Assembly (NCBI RefSeq): GCF_009914755.1
Contig: NC_060937.1
Reading direction: 5' to 3' (one strand)
Length of the DNA stretch: 64,000 nucleotides
Source: the human T2T-CHM13v2.0 reference genome, Homo sapiens
Shown here one piece after another: positions 1 to 13,398 of this stretch. A program made the position numbers and the translations under genes. A model generated the notes under the pieces. The model saw only the letters and a list, made by a program, of their open reading frames with translations. It did not search any database and was not told the origin of the DNA. Within the stretch, counting starts at the first letter, position 1. Each line of letters begins with the position of its first letter.

Positions 1-210
1 GGAACTTCACACTCTGGGGACTGTTGTGGGGTGGGGGGAGAGGGGAGGGATAGCTTTAGGAGATATACCTAATGCTAAATGACGAGTTAATGGGTGCAGC
101 ACACCAGCATGGTACATGTATACATATGTAACTAACCTGCACATTTTGCACATGTACCCTAAAACTTAAAGTATAATAATAATAAAATAAAATAAAAAAT
201 TAAAAAAAAA
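1..210 (+). mobile_element. LINE-1 3' end with poly(A) tail, young primate subfamily (L1PA2/3-like); truncated by window start
   Basis: Near-consensus L1PA 3' UTR: G-rich tract, 'ggagatatacctaatgctaaatgacgagttaatgggtgcagcacaccagcatgg', 'catgtaccctaaaacttaaagtataataa', then A-rich tail. Lacks the L1HS-Ta ACA diagnostic. Confidence 0.95.
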
Positions 211-920
211 CTCTGAATATGTGTATTTTTCATTAGTATATGAGCCTTGAGAATAAACTGACCTAGTACCTAGAAAATTCCCCGGTACATAAAAATTATG
301 CAAAAATATTTATTGAGAAACAACAAAAAAATTAACAGTAGTAAAATGTATATTTTATGGTTCTTGCTAATTTTATAGCATATTTGTGTGTTTTAAGCCA
401 CTATATTCTAAAAATTAGAAAGAAAGAAAAAAAGCAAGGAGGAAGCTAGGGAAAGGACCAGCATAATCCAAAAGGCCTGTGTGGTTTTAATAAAACAGCA
501 AGGAAAAGGGAATTTAGGACATCTGCATTCTCCCGTGGTGAGAGAAAAAAATCAAACAATATAAGAAATATTAAAAAGGAAAAGTTACTATTAAATTTTG
601 AAGCTAATTATAAATATTGAATAAAATATTACATAGAAAGAAGAAAGCTGGTTTACATTGAAGCCTGAAAATAGTGGTTTAAATATGAAAGATGTGTTTG
701 CTTCCTTTAATTATAAATATATCAAAAGAATAAGCTAAACTAACAGTAATCATATTATTCATTTGAAAATTTAGCTTAACTTTCAAATTTATTACATATA
801 TTTACAGAAACCTGCATCATGCTATCAGTAATGCGCTATTTAATTTAAGTGATGAAATGTAGTATCTTGTGTACCTACAAAGCATTACATAAATTTATAA
901 TAAGAAAGTGTTTATATATA

Positions 921-1143
921 TGTATTTTTTTTCTATTGCAGCTGTAATAAATGACAGTAAATTTAGTGGCTTAAAACACACAAATGTAGTCTCTTATGAT
1001 TCTGGAAGCCAGAACTCTTCCTTCTGGAGGCTGTAAAGAGAATTAGTTTCCATGCTCTTTCTACTTCTAGTTGGATACCTGCATTCTTTGGCTCATGGCC
1101 ACATGCTCCATCTTCAAAGACAACAGTGTAGCATCTTCCATTC
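921..1143 (-). mobile_element. MLT1 (ERVL-MaLR) LTR fragment
   Basis: 'ctattgcagctgtaataaat...agtggcttaaaacac...cttctggaggct...gcattctttggctcatggcc...ccatcttcaaag' is the typical reverse-strand MLT1C/D pattern. Confidence 0.8.
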
Positions 1144-1276
1144 TGTGTGTGTGTGTGTGTAGCATCTTCCATTCTGTGTGTGTTTGTGTGAGAGTCAGTG
1201 AAAATGCGACACAGCAATGAAAACCACACAAACACACACACACACACACAGAATGGAAGACGCTACACACACACAC
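1126..1276. repeat. Tandem plus inverted duplication of 'gtgtagcatcttccattctgtgtg' embedded in (TG)n/(CA)n
   Basis: Direct copies at about 1126-1150 and 1157-1180. Reverse-complement copy 'cacacagaatggaagacgctacac' at about 1245-1268. Confidence 0.9.
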
Positions 1277-1491
1277 ATCAAATAAATCTTAGAGGCTATT
1301 ACTGGTATATAAAGGGCCTTAAGGAGAAGGCAAATACACAGGAGCAGTGGAGGGAGGGGGTCCATAAACATTTGCACATCTGTCCTACACTTTATGAAAA
1401 TGTCTAGCTTGGATTAACTTTATTTTAGTGTATATTTTTCATGCATCATTTTATCATGGCCAACTTAGTGCCACTAAAGAACCAGCAGGGT

Positions 1492-1864
<373 letters not shown>

Positions 1865-3734
1865 TCAGAGGCTATTATTAAAGACCATTTACAAATTTTA
1901 ACCTAAGGTGGTAAGCAGAAGTGTATTAATCCTTTCATAAAGGTTGTGTTCAGTGTACTCTACAATTTGTGTTACTTCTTTACTCAGGTCTGGGCAATGT
2001 AAGCCCAGGAGAGTTGCCTCCAGTCCCGCCTTGTCTAGCCATCACTTCCTGTGCCTCTGCATCAGGGCCCTGCACATGCTGGATGTGGCTGCATGAAGAA
2101 CTTCTCCCAGAGGCATATTTGCTCTCATTAATCAATAAGAGATTTCTTAATATTATAAATTCTAGTAAAACTTTATTTTAGGATTTAACTATTTAATAAT
2201 GGTCTCTTTGGACCTGGTCCTATATTAATGATTGATTTTTGAAATAATTATGATAAAAATAGTTTGTGTTTATGATTTTTAGTTTTTTTTCAGTTTGCCA
2301 TTCAACGACACAACAAAACATTAGGAGTAATTCCTATTGAAAGAAGGTAGGCTTTGCAAGTCAATTAAAATTACAGAATGAAATGTGCTTCTCTGAAAGT
2401 AAAGAAGGAAATCAAGGAGAATGGGATAGTGAGGCCGCTGATCTGAGCAACATTGGGGTTCATGATAAAGAGAATGAGAGGAGGAATAAGAAAGTCATTC
2501 TTAAGTTCATCTGAAATCAAACAAATTATTTACCAGTGATTTAAAATTTCAGTGAGTTAGTATCTAACTTTGGTATAACACAATGTCACTCACTGATTCC
2601 CTGGAAAAAGCTTCTCTCACAAATGATGGAAAATAAATAGAAGAGAGAAAGACTGAATCCCTATTGAAGTGACTCATTCCCTGAAAGCACACAGATTGCT
2701 TATACCGGAGATGGTCACATTCATACATAAATGAAGGAAACAAAAACTCAGAATCAGAAATGGCTGTAATTAGAAGCCTGTGAAAGGTAGAACAGTTTAG
2801 AGAACTGTTGAACAGGAAAAGGTTGAAAAAAGGGGCAAAAACACCTCCTACAGATATATACGAGAAAGCTTCAAATAATAATAGCACCAATATATAGCTA
2901 TAGGTTTAAAACACATATCTATGAAGAGAAAAATACAACAAAATTGGCACAAGTGATAATACTACCATGCCAGTATATCTGCTGCCTTAAGTTTGTGTCA
3001 GGTGAAACATGGAAAGTGAAAGCATAACAAAGTATTTTCAATATTGAAATGATTAAGGTTTTTTTTTTCCTAACAAACCACTTCATAGTTATTTTTAAAT
3101 TGTTGATAATACTGCCTTTTTTTGTACATCAAATATGGCAAAGCATTGATGGATATCTCAAAGAAGAATAAAATAAGAATACTTAATTTTAATGAACTTA
3201 TAATTTAGTGATATATACATATAATTTCAAATTATCTCTTTATCTACTTATTATGATCCAAAAAGGAATGATTTAAATAAAGTTCCATGAAATCATCTAA
3301 ATAGTAATTTCATCATGACATTTATCTCAGCAACTACCTTGCCAAGACTACAACATATATGATAGGGAGTGATAGTGTCTGTTTGAATAATTGTATTAAA
3401 GTGAAATTAAAAACTCCTAAATGGAATCATACTTAAAAACTCTATTTTGTTAAACTGAAATGTCTCTTTTAAATTGATGCTTACTGTTTTTAATATCTCT
3501 TAGTTAAGTGTCTAAATTAATGCAATTTCCCTCTCTTCAGAATCAAACATGTTCAGCTCTTTTAATTTATGTTACGTATTTTTCCTGTATCTCCTGGATT
3601 ATGAGCATCATTAAATTAGTTAAGATACCTACCTCTTTCTCATCTTCCTCTTTTCTACCCTTCTTCCTTTCCTCCCTTCTGTTCTTTCTCTGTTCCTTCT
3701 TGTCTTTCTCCTTCTGATTTCTATTTAATTAATT

Positions 3735-3990
3735 TTAATTGGCTTTACTTTTTTAAACAGTTTTAGGTTTACAGAAAAAGAAACAAAATCTATATGCCCA
3801 TCAATCCTAGTTTCTCTTATTTTTAACATCTTTCTGTAGTGAGGTATATCTTATATAAATGTGGTACACTTGATAAGCCTATGTTGATTCATTGTTATTA
3901 GCTAAAGTTTACATTATGCTTTATACTTTGTGTTGATGTTCTATTGGGTTTAGCAAATATATAGGAATATATATCCTGCTATTACCCTTC
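3735..3990 (-). mobile_element. Old L1 (L1MC-like) 3' end fragment
   Basis: 'ttttaaacagttttaggtttacagaaaa' and 'attgttattagctaaagttt' resemble the reverse-strand L1MC 3' terminus. Confidence 0.55.
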
Positions 3991-4739
3991 CTCTTTTTTT
4001 TTCATTCTTTCTCTGTCCTTTTAATCCTCCAACTAATTATTAATAGACCAGGAATTATGACTTTAACAGTGTAGATACTGAGTGCAAAAGCGGGTAAGAC
4101 AAAATATGCAACCAATTATCTCAAATGTTTAAGTAGGTGATAATAAACAGAAAACAAACTGAGATGACTCCCTGTTGCAAAGTGAAGATGATATCTTTGC
4201 AAACACAATAAAGGGAAGTAACTTACTATTTTGGAACAAACACAAACTTGAAAGATAAAGGTGTTTCCTAGAAAATACAAATATTATTTATTATTCCCCA
4301 GGAGAGGCATTTGTTCCACAAAGGAAATCTGGTAATTGTACTTTAAGAGGTATGCAATAATTTGATAGTGAAAGATATTAAGTGCTATGGTATAACGTGT
4401 AAAAGTTGGCCAAAAGCAATACTGCTTAAGGAAATTTACTGGTGATTTGGGAAAGAGGCATACATATTATGTGGTTATAAATGTCAAAATTCAAAAAGCA
4501 AAAAAAAAAAAGATCTTGCTAAATCTTAAATAAATAAATCCCAAACTAAAATGTGGCAACATCAATTTTTGATTACTTAATAAATTTAGACAAAATGTAG
4601 ATAGAATTCATTTGACATAACTGATTTCCTCCATGAAACTTGAGAATTTTGACACATTGAAAGGAAACATAACATTTGAAATAATTGACACAGAAATATC
4701 ACTTTCAGTTTTGTTTATTGATAGTCTTATAAACATTAG

Positions 4740-5631
4740 TGAGAGCAACAGAATACAAATTCCTAGGCAGACAGGGATGGGTCCCCACTGAAACCCAACC
4801 TTCAAGCCAAAGACAGCCTGAAGCCTGAATACCAACCTGTCAATTCTGGGTTAGGTCCACAACTGGAGTGAGAACTTCCTCACTACCTTTTAGCCAAAGA
4901 AATGGTACTTTATTCCAGGCCTGCCCATGGGTCAGTCAGCACACACTCCTCCATTCTGAGCCCATAAAAACCCCAGACTCAGCCTCACTGATGGCTACCC
5001 ACTTTTGGGCCCCCTCTCACAAAGGGGGCTACTCACTTCAAGTCCCCTTTTGTCAAGAGCTTTTCTGTCTCTCAATAAAATTCTTCTTTGCCTAGCTCAA
5101 TCTCCAGTGTCTGTGTACCTCATTCCTCTTGGTCACAGGACAAGAACCTGGAACCAGCCAAAGAGTCAGTGCAAAAAGAGCTGTAACATGTTCCTTGTTA
5201 CCAAGCTATGAGAGTGAAAAAAACTGCTGGATGCCACACACCCCCATTTGCCAAGCTGTGTGTGGTGGGAACAAACAAAAGCTGTAACACCTACTGGGGG
5301 TTCAGACTTCGGGACTCCCTGAGCTAAAGCTGTAACACCCTCAGGGCTCTACGGTTGCTGGCATCTTTGAGTTTTTGGGCCCTGCCATGTACCCTTCATC
5401 CAGATGCCAGGGCCCAAGGTGGAAGCCAGTTACAGTGTGCCTGGATCAACCACAGGCTGAGCCTAGAGCCACAGCAGGCACAGGATCTGGGCTGGTAGCA
5501 TAAGCTGATCAAAGCCTGCCAGGCCAAGTGGGTGGAATTAGCCCAGCCAGCCCCAGTGAAGCCTGAGCAGAGGTGCCATCAGCTGTGGAGATTTCTGGCT
5601 AATGAAGCAACACCAAAAAAATCCTATGTCA
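4740..5631 (+). mobile_element. ERV1 solo LTR (LTR27/LTR28/LTR1 group)
   Basis: TG...CA termini. 4-bp TSD TTAG at 4736-4739 and 5632-5635. TATA-like 'cccataaaaacccc', AATAAA at about 5074, repeated 'gctgtaaca' U5 motifs. Confidence 0.88.
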
Positions 5632-7453
5632 TTAGCATTACATAGACTCATTATTTTATTAAAATTTATAGGAATAATATTTTTATTATTCGTTCAATTA
5701 AACTTTCATGTCCTACAATACATTACAATTCTGGGGAAATTTCTATTAACTTGCCTTATATTTCTATGTGAAGAGGTTTTGGTAGAATTAAGTCTCTTGC
5801 TTAATATCTCACATTATAAATTCATTTGTCCTCACTCTGTGACCCAATTGGTGTGCAGCATGCATTCTTCCACATTTCTCTAGATGGAATGCACTAATCT
5901 GTTAAACAGCCACAACAGGTGGAGATACTTTTTCTCTTCTTTTTTTTCTACCACAATAATGTAAGAAAACAAACCTGAATCAATATACCATGTTTTCTAT
6001 GAAAATATTTTCTAGGAAAGGTTGTTTCAAGCTTGAGGATGAGAGTAGATATTCAAAATCTCAAATCTAGACCCATTTTCTCTAATTAGCCTATCAATAC
6101 AAAGTGGACATATACATGTCTATTTACTAGACCCACTCTCTGTCTACTGTGTCTGGGACTAGGGCAAGGAAGAAAGAGTCATTAGTAGTTGAACTCTAAA
6201 ATACAATATTTTTAATGTGTTCATAAAAGATACCTTCCCTTTCCAAAATTGTTCCCTTTTTTAGAATTTTTCGTATAGGCTTTAATTATATAGTTATATT
6301 TATCTAACATTTAACATTGACATTCTTTAGATGTATGTAAACACCTATTGATGTAAACATATTCAGCTAATTGTATTCATTTTTCTCCTTGAAACTAGTA
6401 TAGATGAAATGAAAAATGTGTTGATAAGAAGTAAATGTTAAAATAAGAAACTGAAATTGTACTAAGGATGTGATATATCTTCATGAAATATTCTATGATA
6501 GTGATACAGATATGTAATCTTAGATCCAGACAAAGCCCTGATATTTAGAAATAAATCCAATAATGGATAATTTGAAGAGCAGTACAGATTGTACTTCATA
6601 CTTTATACTGATAAGAAGGACAAGAGAAAAAAATGGGAGAGAGGTGGGGAGAGAGAGAGTGGAACTGAGCTGAATCAGATAAAATAGAAACAGATTTCTG
6701 TGCAATTGTGTAAGGAGATGAAATCTGATGCAATAGTACCAAGGTATATTAGGGTAAAATAGGAAACTTTAAACTCTGAAAAAGACTGGAAAATATACAA
6801 TTTCTCTAGATGATAAAGAATGATAGTTGTTATTTTAGTATGTGCATATGTGTGGGGTAAGGTTAAAAGATGCTTATCTCCCAAGCTCAAACACAAGACT
6901 TAGTTATTAATATAACTTGTACACAAGGATATGAACTTTAAGATCACAATTGTAGTCCTAGTTTAACTGGAACTATAGAAAATGCCTCACTGTGTGTGTG
7001 AGCACACATGCACGTACATGTGAAAATTACCATCCAGAACATATTCTCATTTCAGACATTATCTTGTTCTCATCCCAACAAAAATTATTTTGCCAGAAAG
7101 CAACCTTAGCAACCTGAACTGCTAACCTCAATTCACTTGAGTTAACTCCAATTTACTTGAAATGATCTAATTATATATTTAAAGAGGATAGTCTTTGAAA
7201 CCTGGAAAGTTTTAGAATAAAATACAGAGATGATGAGGTAAATCATACACATACTAATGATATTATTTAGGCTAAGTATATTATCTACAGATTTTAGGCT
7301 TTAGACTTTTAATTGAAAGTTCTTTGGGCGTTTTACTTCCTACAACATTAGAATCTTTAAGACAAGATACAATCTTATAAGTTTATTAAATTTACTCTTT
7401 TAGTTTAAATAATCATTATTATAGTGCCAAATGTTTGAAATTTTAAGAGAATA

Positions 7454-7666
7454 CAATGTTAATTTAAAGAAATAAACTGTAAAAATCTCAAATAACCTGG
7501 TTCTATTATAGTAAGTTGTAGTAGTTTATCCTTTAGAGCACCATGTGATCCCTTCTTTCTCTCTCTTTGAACACCATCTTCTCTTTCTTTCTCCTTCCCA
7601 AAATAAATAACAGTATATATAAAACTATACTCTCTCTTAGGCCATGGTTTCTGACTGGTGTCCTTA
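7454..7666 (+). repeat. Local duplication, copy 1 (about 210 bp)
   Basis: Aligns by eye to 9256-9465 with about 9 substitutions and one 3-bp indel. Confidence 0.95.
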
Positions 7667-7734
7667 AAGAAGTCACTGAAACTTTCTGGGTACCAATCAT
7701 ATCACTTATAAAATGAAACTTCTAAGTCAGATGA

Positions 7735-8032
<298 letters not shown>

Positions 8033-8151
8033 GAAGTCAGATGATTTTTAAATGTGCCTGCACCAAGCATCAAAAAACAAACGTACAAATATGTGAAACT
8101 CTAATCCAAAGAATCGGATCTGTTACATGACAATTTACCAAAAAGAAAAGT

Positions 8152-8237
8152 TAAAATCATATATATATATATATATAAAATCATATATATACACATAAAA
8201 TCATATATATATACATAAAATCATATATATATAATCA

Positions 8238-8260
<23 letters not shown>
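8152..8260. repeat. Compound (AAAATC(AT)n) repeat and (TA)n at an Alu tail
   Basis: Five 'aatcatatat' units separated by TA/CA runs, directly abutting the poly(T). Confidence 0.9.
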
Positions 8261-8277
<17 letters not shown>

Positions 8278-8552
8278 TTTTTTTTGAGACGGAGTCTTCC
8301 TTTGTCGCCCAGACTGGAGTGCAGTGGCGCAATCTAGGCTCACTGCGATTCTCCTGCCTCAACCTCCTGAGTAGCTTGGATTACAGGCGCCTGCCACCAT
8401 GCCTGGCTAAATTTTTTTTTTTTGTATTCTTAGAAGAGACCAGGATTTTACCATGTTGGCCAGGCTGGTCTCGAACTCCTGATCTCAGGTGATCTGCCTG
8501 CCTCAACCTCCCAAAGTGCTGGGATTACAGGTGTGAGCCACCATGCCTGACC
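8260..8552 (-). mobile_element. Alu (AluS) with a short internal deletion in the right arm
   Basis: Antisense Alu in which 'gctcactgc' joins directly to 'gattctcctgcc'. Flank 'taaaatcata' on both sides. Confidence 0.95.
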
Positions 8553-9255
8553 TAAAATCATATTCTTACCCATGATTGAAATTACATGAGGCTGAGGAGA
8601 GATTGCTTCTTATAGAGACTAGCACTGAATAATCATTCAAGAGGATGTGCATGGATAGGGGTCCTTGGAATCCCTTGGAATCCACACAAAGAGGAGAGAG
8701 CTCACAGAGCACTTTGGCATTTGACTGAGACCACAAAATGCCATTAATTACCTCATCTTTTTGAAGTTTGAAATTATTTCTTGCAAATGTCTACTGAACA
8801 TTTTAAAGATTAACCTGGACTGCTCCTTTTTCAGTTAGACTGTGCCTGATTCACATTTATTTTTGCAAGATAGCTAAAATGATCACTTTGCCCACACTTT
8901 AGAACATTTAAGTGCCCACACCTCCAGCGGGAAATTGTCTAACTTTTAAAGAAATTGTCTGTCCAAATGTGAATATTTGATTTTAGGCATGTACATAATG
9001 TTTTCTACTCCTGAGAAAATACCAATTTAAAGTGTTATAGAAGATTTATTACCATGACTCTAAACATTTAACCTGATTCTTAAAATCACACCTAAAATCT
9101 CACAAGCTAAAATACTTTTTTATTAAAAAAAAGACAAGTTACTGTTAGACATTGGAATGGCTTTAGTTAGTCATCTTTGAGAAGTTAAATAAAGCAATTA
9201 GTCTTCAGGTTAAAAAAAAAAAAAGCAAAAGCACCTAGACATAATCATTAGTGTT

Positions 9256-9465
9256 CAATGTTAATTTAAAAAAAAAAACTGTAAAAATCTCAAATAACAT
9301 GGTTCTATTACAGTAAGTTGTAGTTTATCCTTTAGAGCACCATGTGATCCCTTCTTTCTCTCTCTTTGAACACCATCTTCTCTTTCTTTCTCTTTCCCAA
9401 AATAAATAACAGTATATGTAAAACTATAGTCTCTCTTAGGCCAAGGTTTCTGACTTGTGTCCTTA
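9256..9465 (+). repeat. Local duplication, copy 2 (about 210 bp)
   Basis: Direct copy of 7454-7666. Confidence 0.95.
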
Positions 9466-10216
9466 GATTCATATGACCTAGCAGAAGTCCATGCATTTCA
9501 GGCTCCAAACAGCTGGCTGGACATTCCCTCAAGAGATCACTTACAAGACTTTTTATTTTCTTTAAGGATCAAGTTATTTATAACAACTAAAGAAAGAAAG
9601 AGATAAAGGCTACAGATCAAAGGTCTAATTTCATCCCTTTAATTTTTTCATCTCAAAACACATGTTCCTTTAATATTTTTAATTGCTTGTTTCATTACTA
9701 TTGCTTATATTTAATTTTCTAATTATTGATATTTTAAAATGTTTCTATAATTATTCATATTATTCCTAAACTATTCTTTTGATATTTTAATCATCCATTT
9801 TCTAATGCCTTAATTAATTTTTATATATTTGAGATGTATGTTAAATTAACTTGTCTGAAATCAACGAGGAATTAGGAGATGTTTATATCCACACAGCAGT
9901 TTACAAAGGGTAATAGCTGCTTCTCAGATGTATCTAAGGAAGGAACCAAGACGTAAGAAGAAATGATCTTCAAAATAGAATGTCCTTTTGACTTCTTATC
10001 TTTCAGCTAAGGTGTTGCTGTTGACTCATGCTTTTTAATCTTCCACTAGTCTGAACTACTGGCTTCAGATCTGGGTTTTCTTTTTTTCTTGGATCTGATT
10101 GGATTTGGGGAGTTGGCTTCAGTTTGTACTCTTTGACACCATACACCTGACATTTTCTACAATTCTACGTCTGGTCTGGTTTTCATTTTGTTGTTGTTGT
10201 TGTTACAGTTGTACCT

Positions 10217-10625
10217 GTATTTGTTTCTTATGGCTGTTTTAACAAATTACCACAAACACAGTGGCTTAAAACAACGCACATCTATAGTTTTACATTTCTG
10301 GAGTCCAGAATTCCAAAATCAGTTCACTAGGCTAAAGTCAAGGTGTCAGTCGGGCTGGTTCTATCTGGAGGCTCTGAGAGAATAATCCATTCAGCTTTTT
10401 GACTGTCACCATATTCCATTGCTTGTGGCCCCTCCTTTTATATTCAAAGTTGATGACTTCAATTTCTGCTTCCATTATTGTATCAACTTTTCCTCTTCTG
10501 TACTCAAATCCCTCTCTGCCTCTCTTTTGTAAAGACACTTGTGATTAAGTTTAGGACTACAAGATAATTCAGGATACTCTATCTAAAGATATTTAATATG
10601 TATTCTTTTTACATTTAAGGAAAAG
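10217..10625 (-). mobile_element. MLT1 (MaLR) LTR
   Basis: 'aacaaattaccacaaacacagtggcttaaaacaac...aaggtgtcag...ctggaggctctgagagaataatcc...gacacttgtgatta'. Confidence 0.85.
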
Positions 10626-10813
10626 ACATGGCTTCCTACTATGATTAGCTAACACAGATATAAAGATCCTGGCCAATGCTGTAATAAAAGAAAAAAATAA
10701 TAATAAGGATGTCAGAATAAGGAAAAAAGATATAATTTGGTTATTATTTTAAGAGTATTTTTTATCTGCCTAGTAAAACCAGGTACAAATTAATGTCTTC
10801 AGAATAAATGAGA

Positions 10814-10944
10814 GGCCAGGTGCAGTGGCTCACACCTGTGTAATCCCAGCATTTTCAGAGACCAAGACAGGAGGATTGCTGGAGGCCAGGAGTTCAAGAC
10901 CAACCTGGTCAACATAGAAAGACTCTGTCTCTACAAAGAATCAC

Positions 10945-10995
<51 letters not shown>

Positions 10996-11210
10996 TCATT
11001 CAGGTGTAGTGGTACATGCCTGTAATCCTAACTACTCAGGAGGCTGAGGCGGGAGAACCACTTGAGCCCAGGAGTTCAAGGTCACCATAAGCCATGATTG
11101 TATCATTGTACTCCAGCCTGGGCAATAACAAAATGAAGACTTTGTTTCTAAAAAATCAATAAATAAAAATAATAATAAAAATAAAATAAAAATAAATCAG
11201 TAAGTAAATA
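10814..11210 (+). mobile_element. AluJ with (AAT)n expansion in the central linker
   Basis: J-type 'ggaggattgctggaggccaggagttcaag' and 'cttgagcccaggagttcaagg'. (AAT)n at about 10945-10990. Degenerate A-rich tail. Confidence 0.93.
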
Positions 11211-11325
11211 AATCAGAGTATTTATATATAGCATAAATAGATACAATTTTTATTTGTCAATTAAAAAATAAGAAAAAGGAATAAAAAATCCCACAGGTGT
11301 TTCTAACCTTTTTCAGTGCAAATAC

Positions 11326-11485
11326 CACATATATATACACATACATATGTATATATATACACACACATATGTATATATATACACACACATATGTATATAT
11401 ATACACATACATATGTGTATATATATACACATACATATGTGTATATATATACACATACATACATATACATATATACATATATATA
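11326..11485. repeat. Alternating purine-pyrimidine (TA/CA/TG) minisatellite, unit about 22-24 bp
   Basis: Repeats of 'acacatacatatgt(gt)atatatat'. Confidence 0.95.
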
Positions 11486-11639
11486 AAATAAAGGTTTCTG
11501 CAAAGTTAAAAAAAGCAAAATAAAATAATATAAATTGAATAAGAATTCAACAGGGTAATACCTACTAGATCAACTTAAAAATCAATATTATTTTAATGTA
11601 TAATTAAATAACCAACATGATATGCATTTAAAAAGTAGA

Positions 11640-12312
11640 GACTGTGTTGTCAATCTAGCAAAATTTCTTATTTTCCCCAGATCCCCAATATTATCAATTA
11701 TGTTTAAAATTTGCATGGGATTCAGAAGGGTGAAGCAGAAATAATTCTTTTTTTATCCCGGAAATTTGCTGTCAGGCTCCAAGCACAGTATTAGGTCAAG
11801 CACACTGCCAATGATCTGCAAGATTATCTTGGTGTGAGTAGAAAGAAGCCAAGTGCACAGCTCTTCCAGGTACTACCGGATCTTCCCTTGTAGATTCTAC
11901 AAATCCTGGACCAGATACATGGGCATCTGTAGCTCTGTGGTTAGGATGCTAACTTCTCATGAACCTTCAAAATTGGAAATGTTGAGAGACACATATAGGT
12001 TCATGCAGGTCTATTGTTGCAGTAAGTGCGTTCTACCTGATTCTTCTGAGTTTCACCTCATCATTATTGCTTTAAATTTGTCCTCATGGGATTTTGTCTG
12101 TCCTGCTTTTCCCCATTTTACATCCCAATACAGTTGCAGTCTTGACTGACCTAAGTCGCCTCAAACGCAACAGCATGTGCAGAAGCAACAGCCAGCCATG
12201 CAGAGACATTTCAATTAACCCTGTGATTGCATAAGCGCTTATAACTATAATAAGCTTTTTCTTGTACATCACTCGTATGGGTTCTTATTCCCTGACAGAA
12301 TCGTAGCGGACA
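11640..12312 (+). mobile_element. Probable old ERVL-class LTR inserted in L1 debris
   Basis: GC-richer block within AT-rich L1-like sequence. It ends in a poly(A)-signal-like 'ctataataag' and an ERVL-like terminus 'gggttcttattccctgacagaatc...gaca'. Family not identified. Confidence 0.4.
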
Positions 12313-12740
12313 ATTGTACCATATATTATAGAAACAAAAACAACAAGAATCTAGAAATTAATCTAAAAATGCTAAGACTTCCATTTGGAAAACTCTAATT
12401 CTTTATAATAAAGAATTAGAAAAATATGTAAATGAATGAAAAGACATCTTGTGATATTAATGGAATGACATATTATAAAGTTTTTCTCCAAATAATTTTT
12501 AAATATGATTGTATTTAATCAAAATTCTATTTCAATATTTATTTTGAAACATGATAAGCTTGTACTAAGATACATGTGGAAGAATAAAAATTCACCAATA
12601 GCTATTTCAACTGCTAACTTACAAAGTATAACTAGGTAAATATTCCTCCAGATATTAAGATATTTAATAAAATCATTCCAATGAAAGTAGCATGCTATTG
12701 TTTCAGGAAAGGTTCAATTGCATAAACTATGAGTCAATTC
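12313..12740 (+). mobile_element. Old L1M ORF2 remnant (further pieces at about 10620-10810 and 11520-11640)
   Basis: 'gaaattaatctaaaa...gaattagaaaaatatgtaaatgaatgaaaagacatcttgtg' resembles degenerate L1 ORF2. Confidence 0.6.
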
Positions 12741-12899
12741 AAAATGATGTAGATAATATGTCTCATCTGCATCACAAGAGTGTTGACTAAATTACATCTT
12801 TGTAAAAATTCTAAAGTCAAATTGCTGGTAGTGGCTGAGTCAATATAATATTTCTAATCATACCTAATATTGATGTTTTTTGTTCAATTCATGTTTACA

Positions 12900-13398
12900 G
12901 TTAGCAGTTTACTTTTCTATTCCTGCTATCATAAATTTAGTAGTTAAAACAATACAATCTATTATCGTACAGTTCTGTAGGTTACAAGCCTGACATGGGT
13001 CTCGGGCTAAAATGAAGGTTTTCACAGGCCATTGTTTCTTTTTTTTGAGGCCTCCAAGGGAAAATACGTTAACTTGTCTTTCCAGCTTCTAGAAGTCACT
13101 CAGCTTTATTTGCTCGTGGCCCTCTTCCTACACCTTCAAAGCGGCACCATTGCGTTTCTCTCATCATTCTTCTATGTCACAAGTCCCTGTGACTGAACAT
13201 ATCCAGAAACTGTTCTCTGATTTTAATGACCCATGTGATTAGCTAGAACCTACCTGCATAATCTAAGAGAGGCTGCCTACCTCAATGTACATAACAATCT
13301 TATCTACAGATTCCCTTGTGTCATGTGAGTTAACATATGCACAGGTTCCAGAGATTAGTATGTCGTCATTATCGGGGGACCTTATTTTGCCTATCACA
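12900..13398 (-). mobile_element. MLT1D-like LTR
   Basis: 'acagttctgtaggt...gggctaaaatgaagg...ttccagcttctagaag...aacatatgcacaggttccagagattag...ttattttgcctatcaca'. Confidence 0.85.

Noticed and set aside
2564-2890. 108-aa minus-strand ORF in unique-looking DNA, and a protein-like opposite frame
   Set aside because: No recognisable family, non-ATG start, and the opposite frame has several stops. No evidence for a processed pseudogene.
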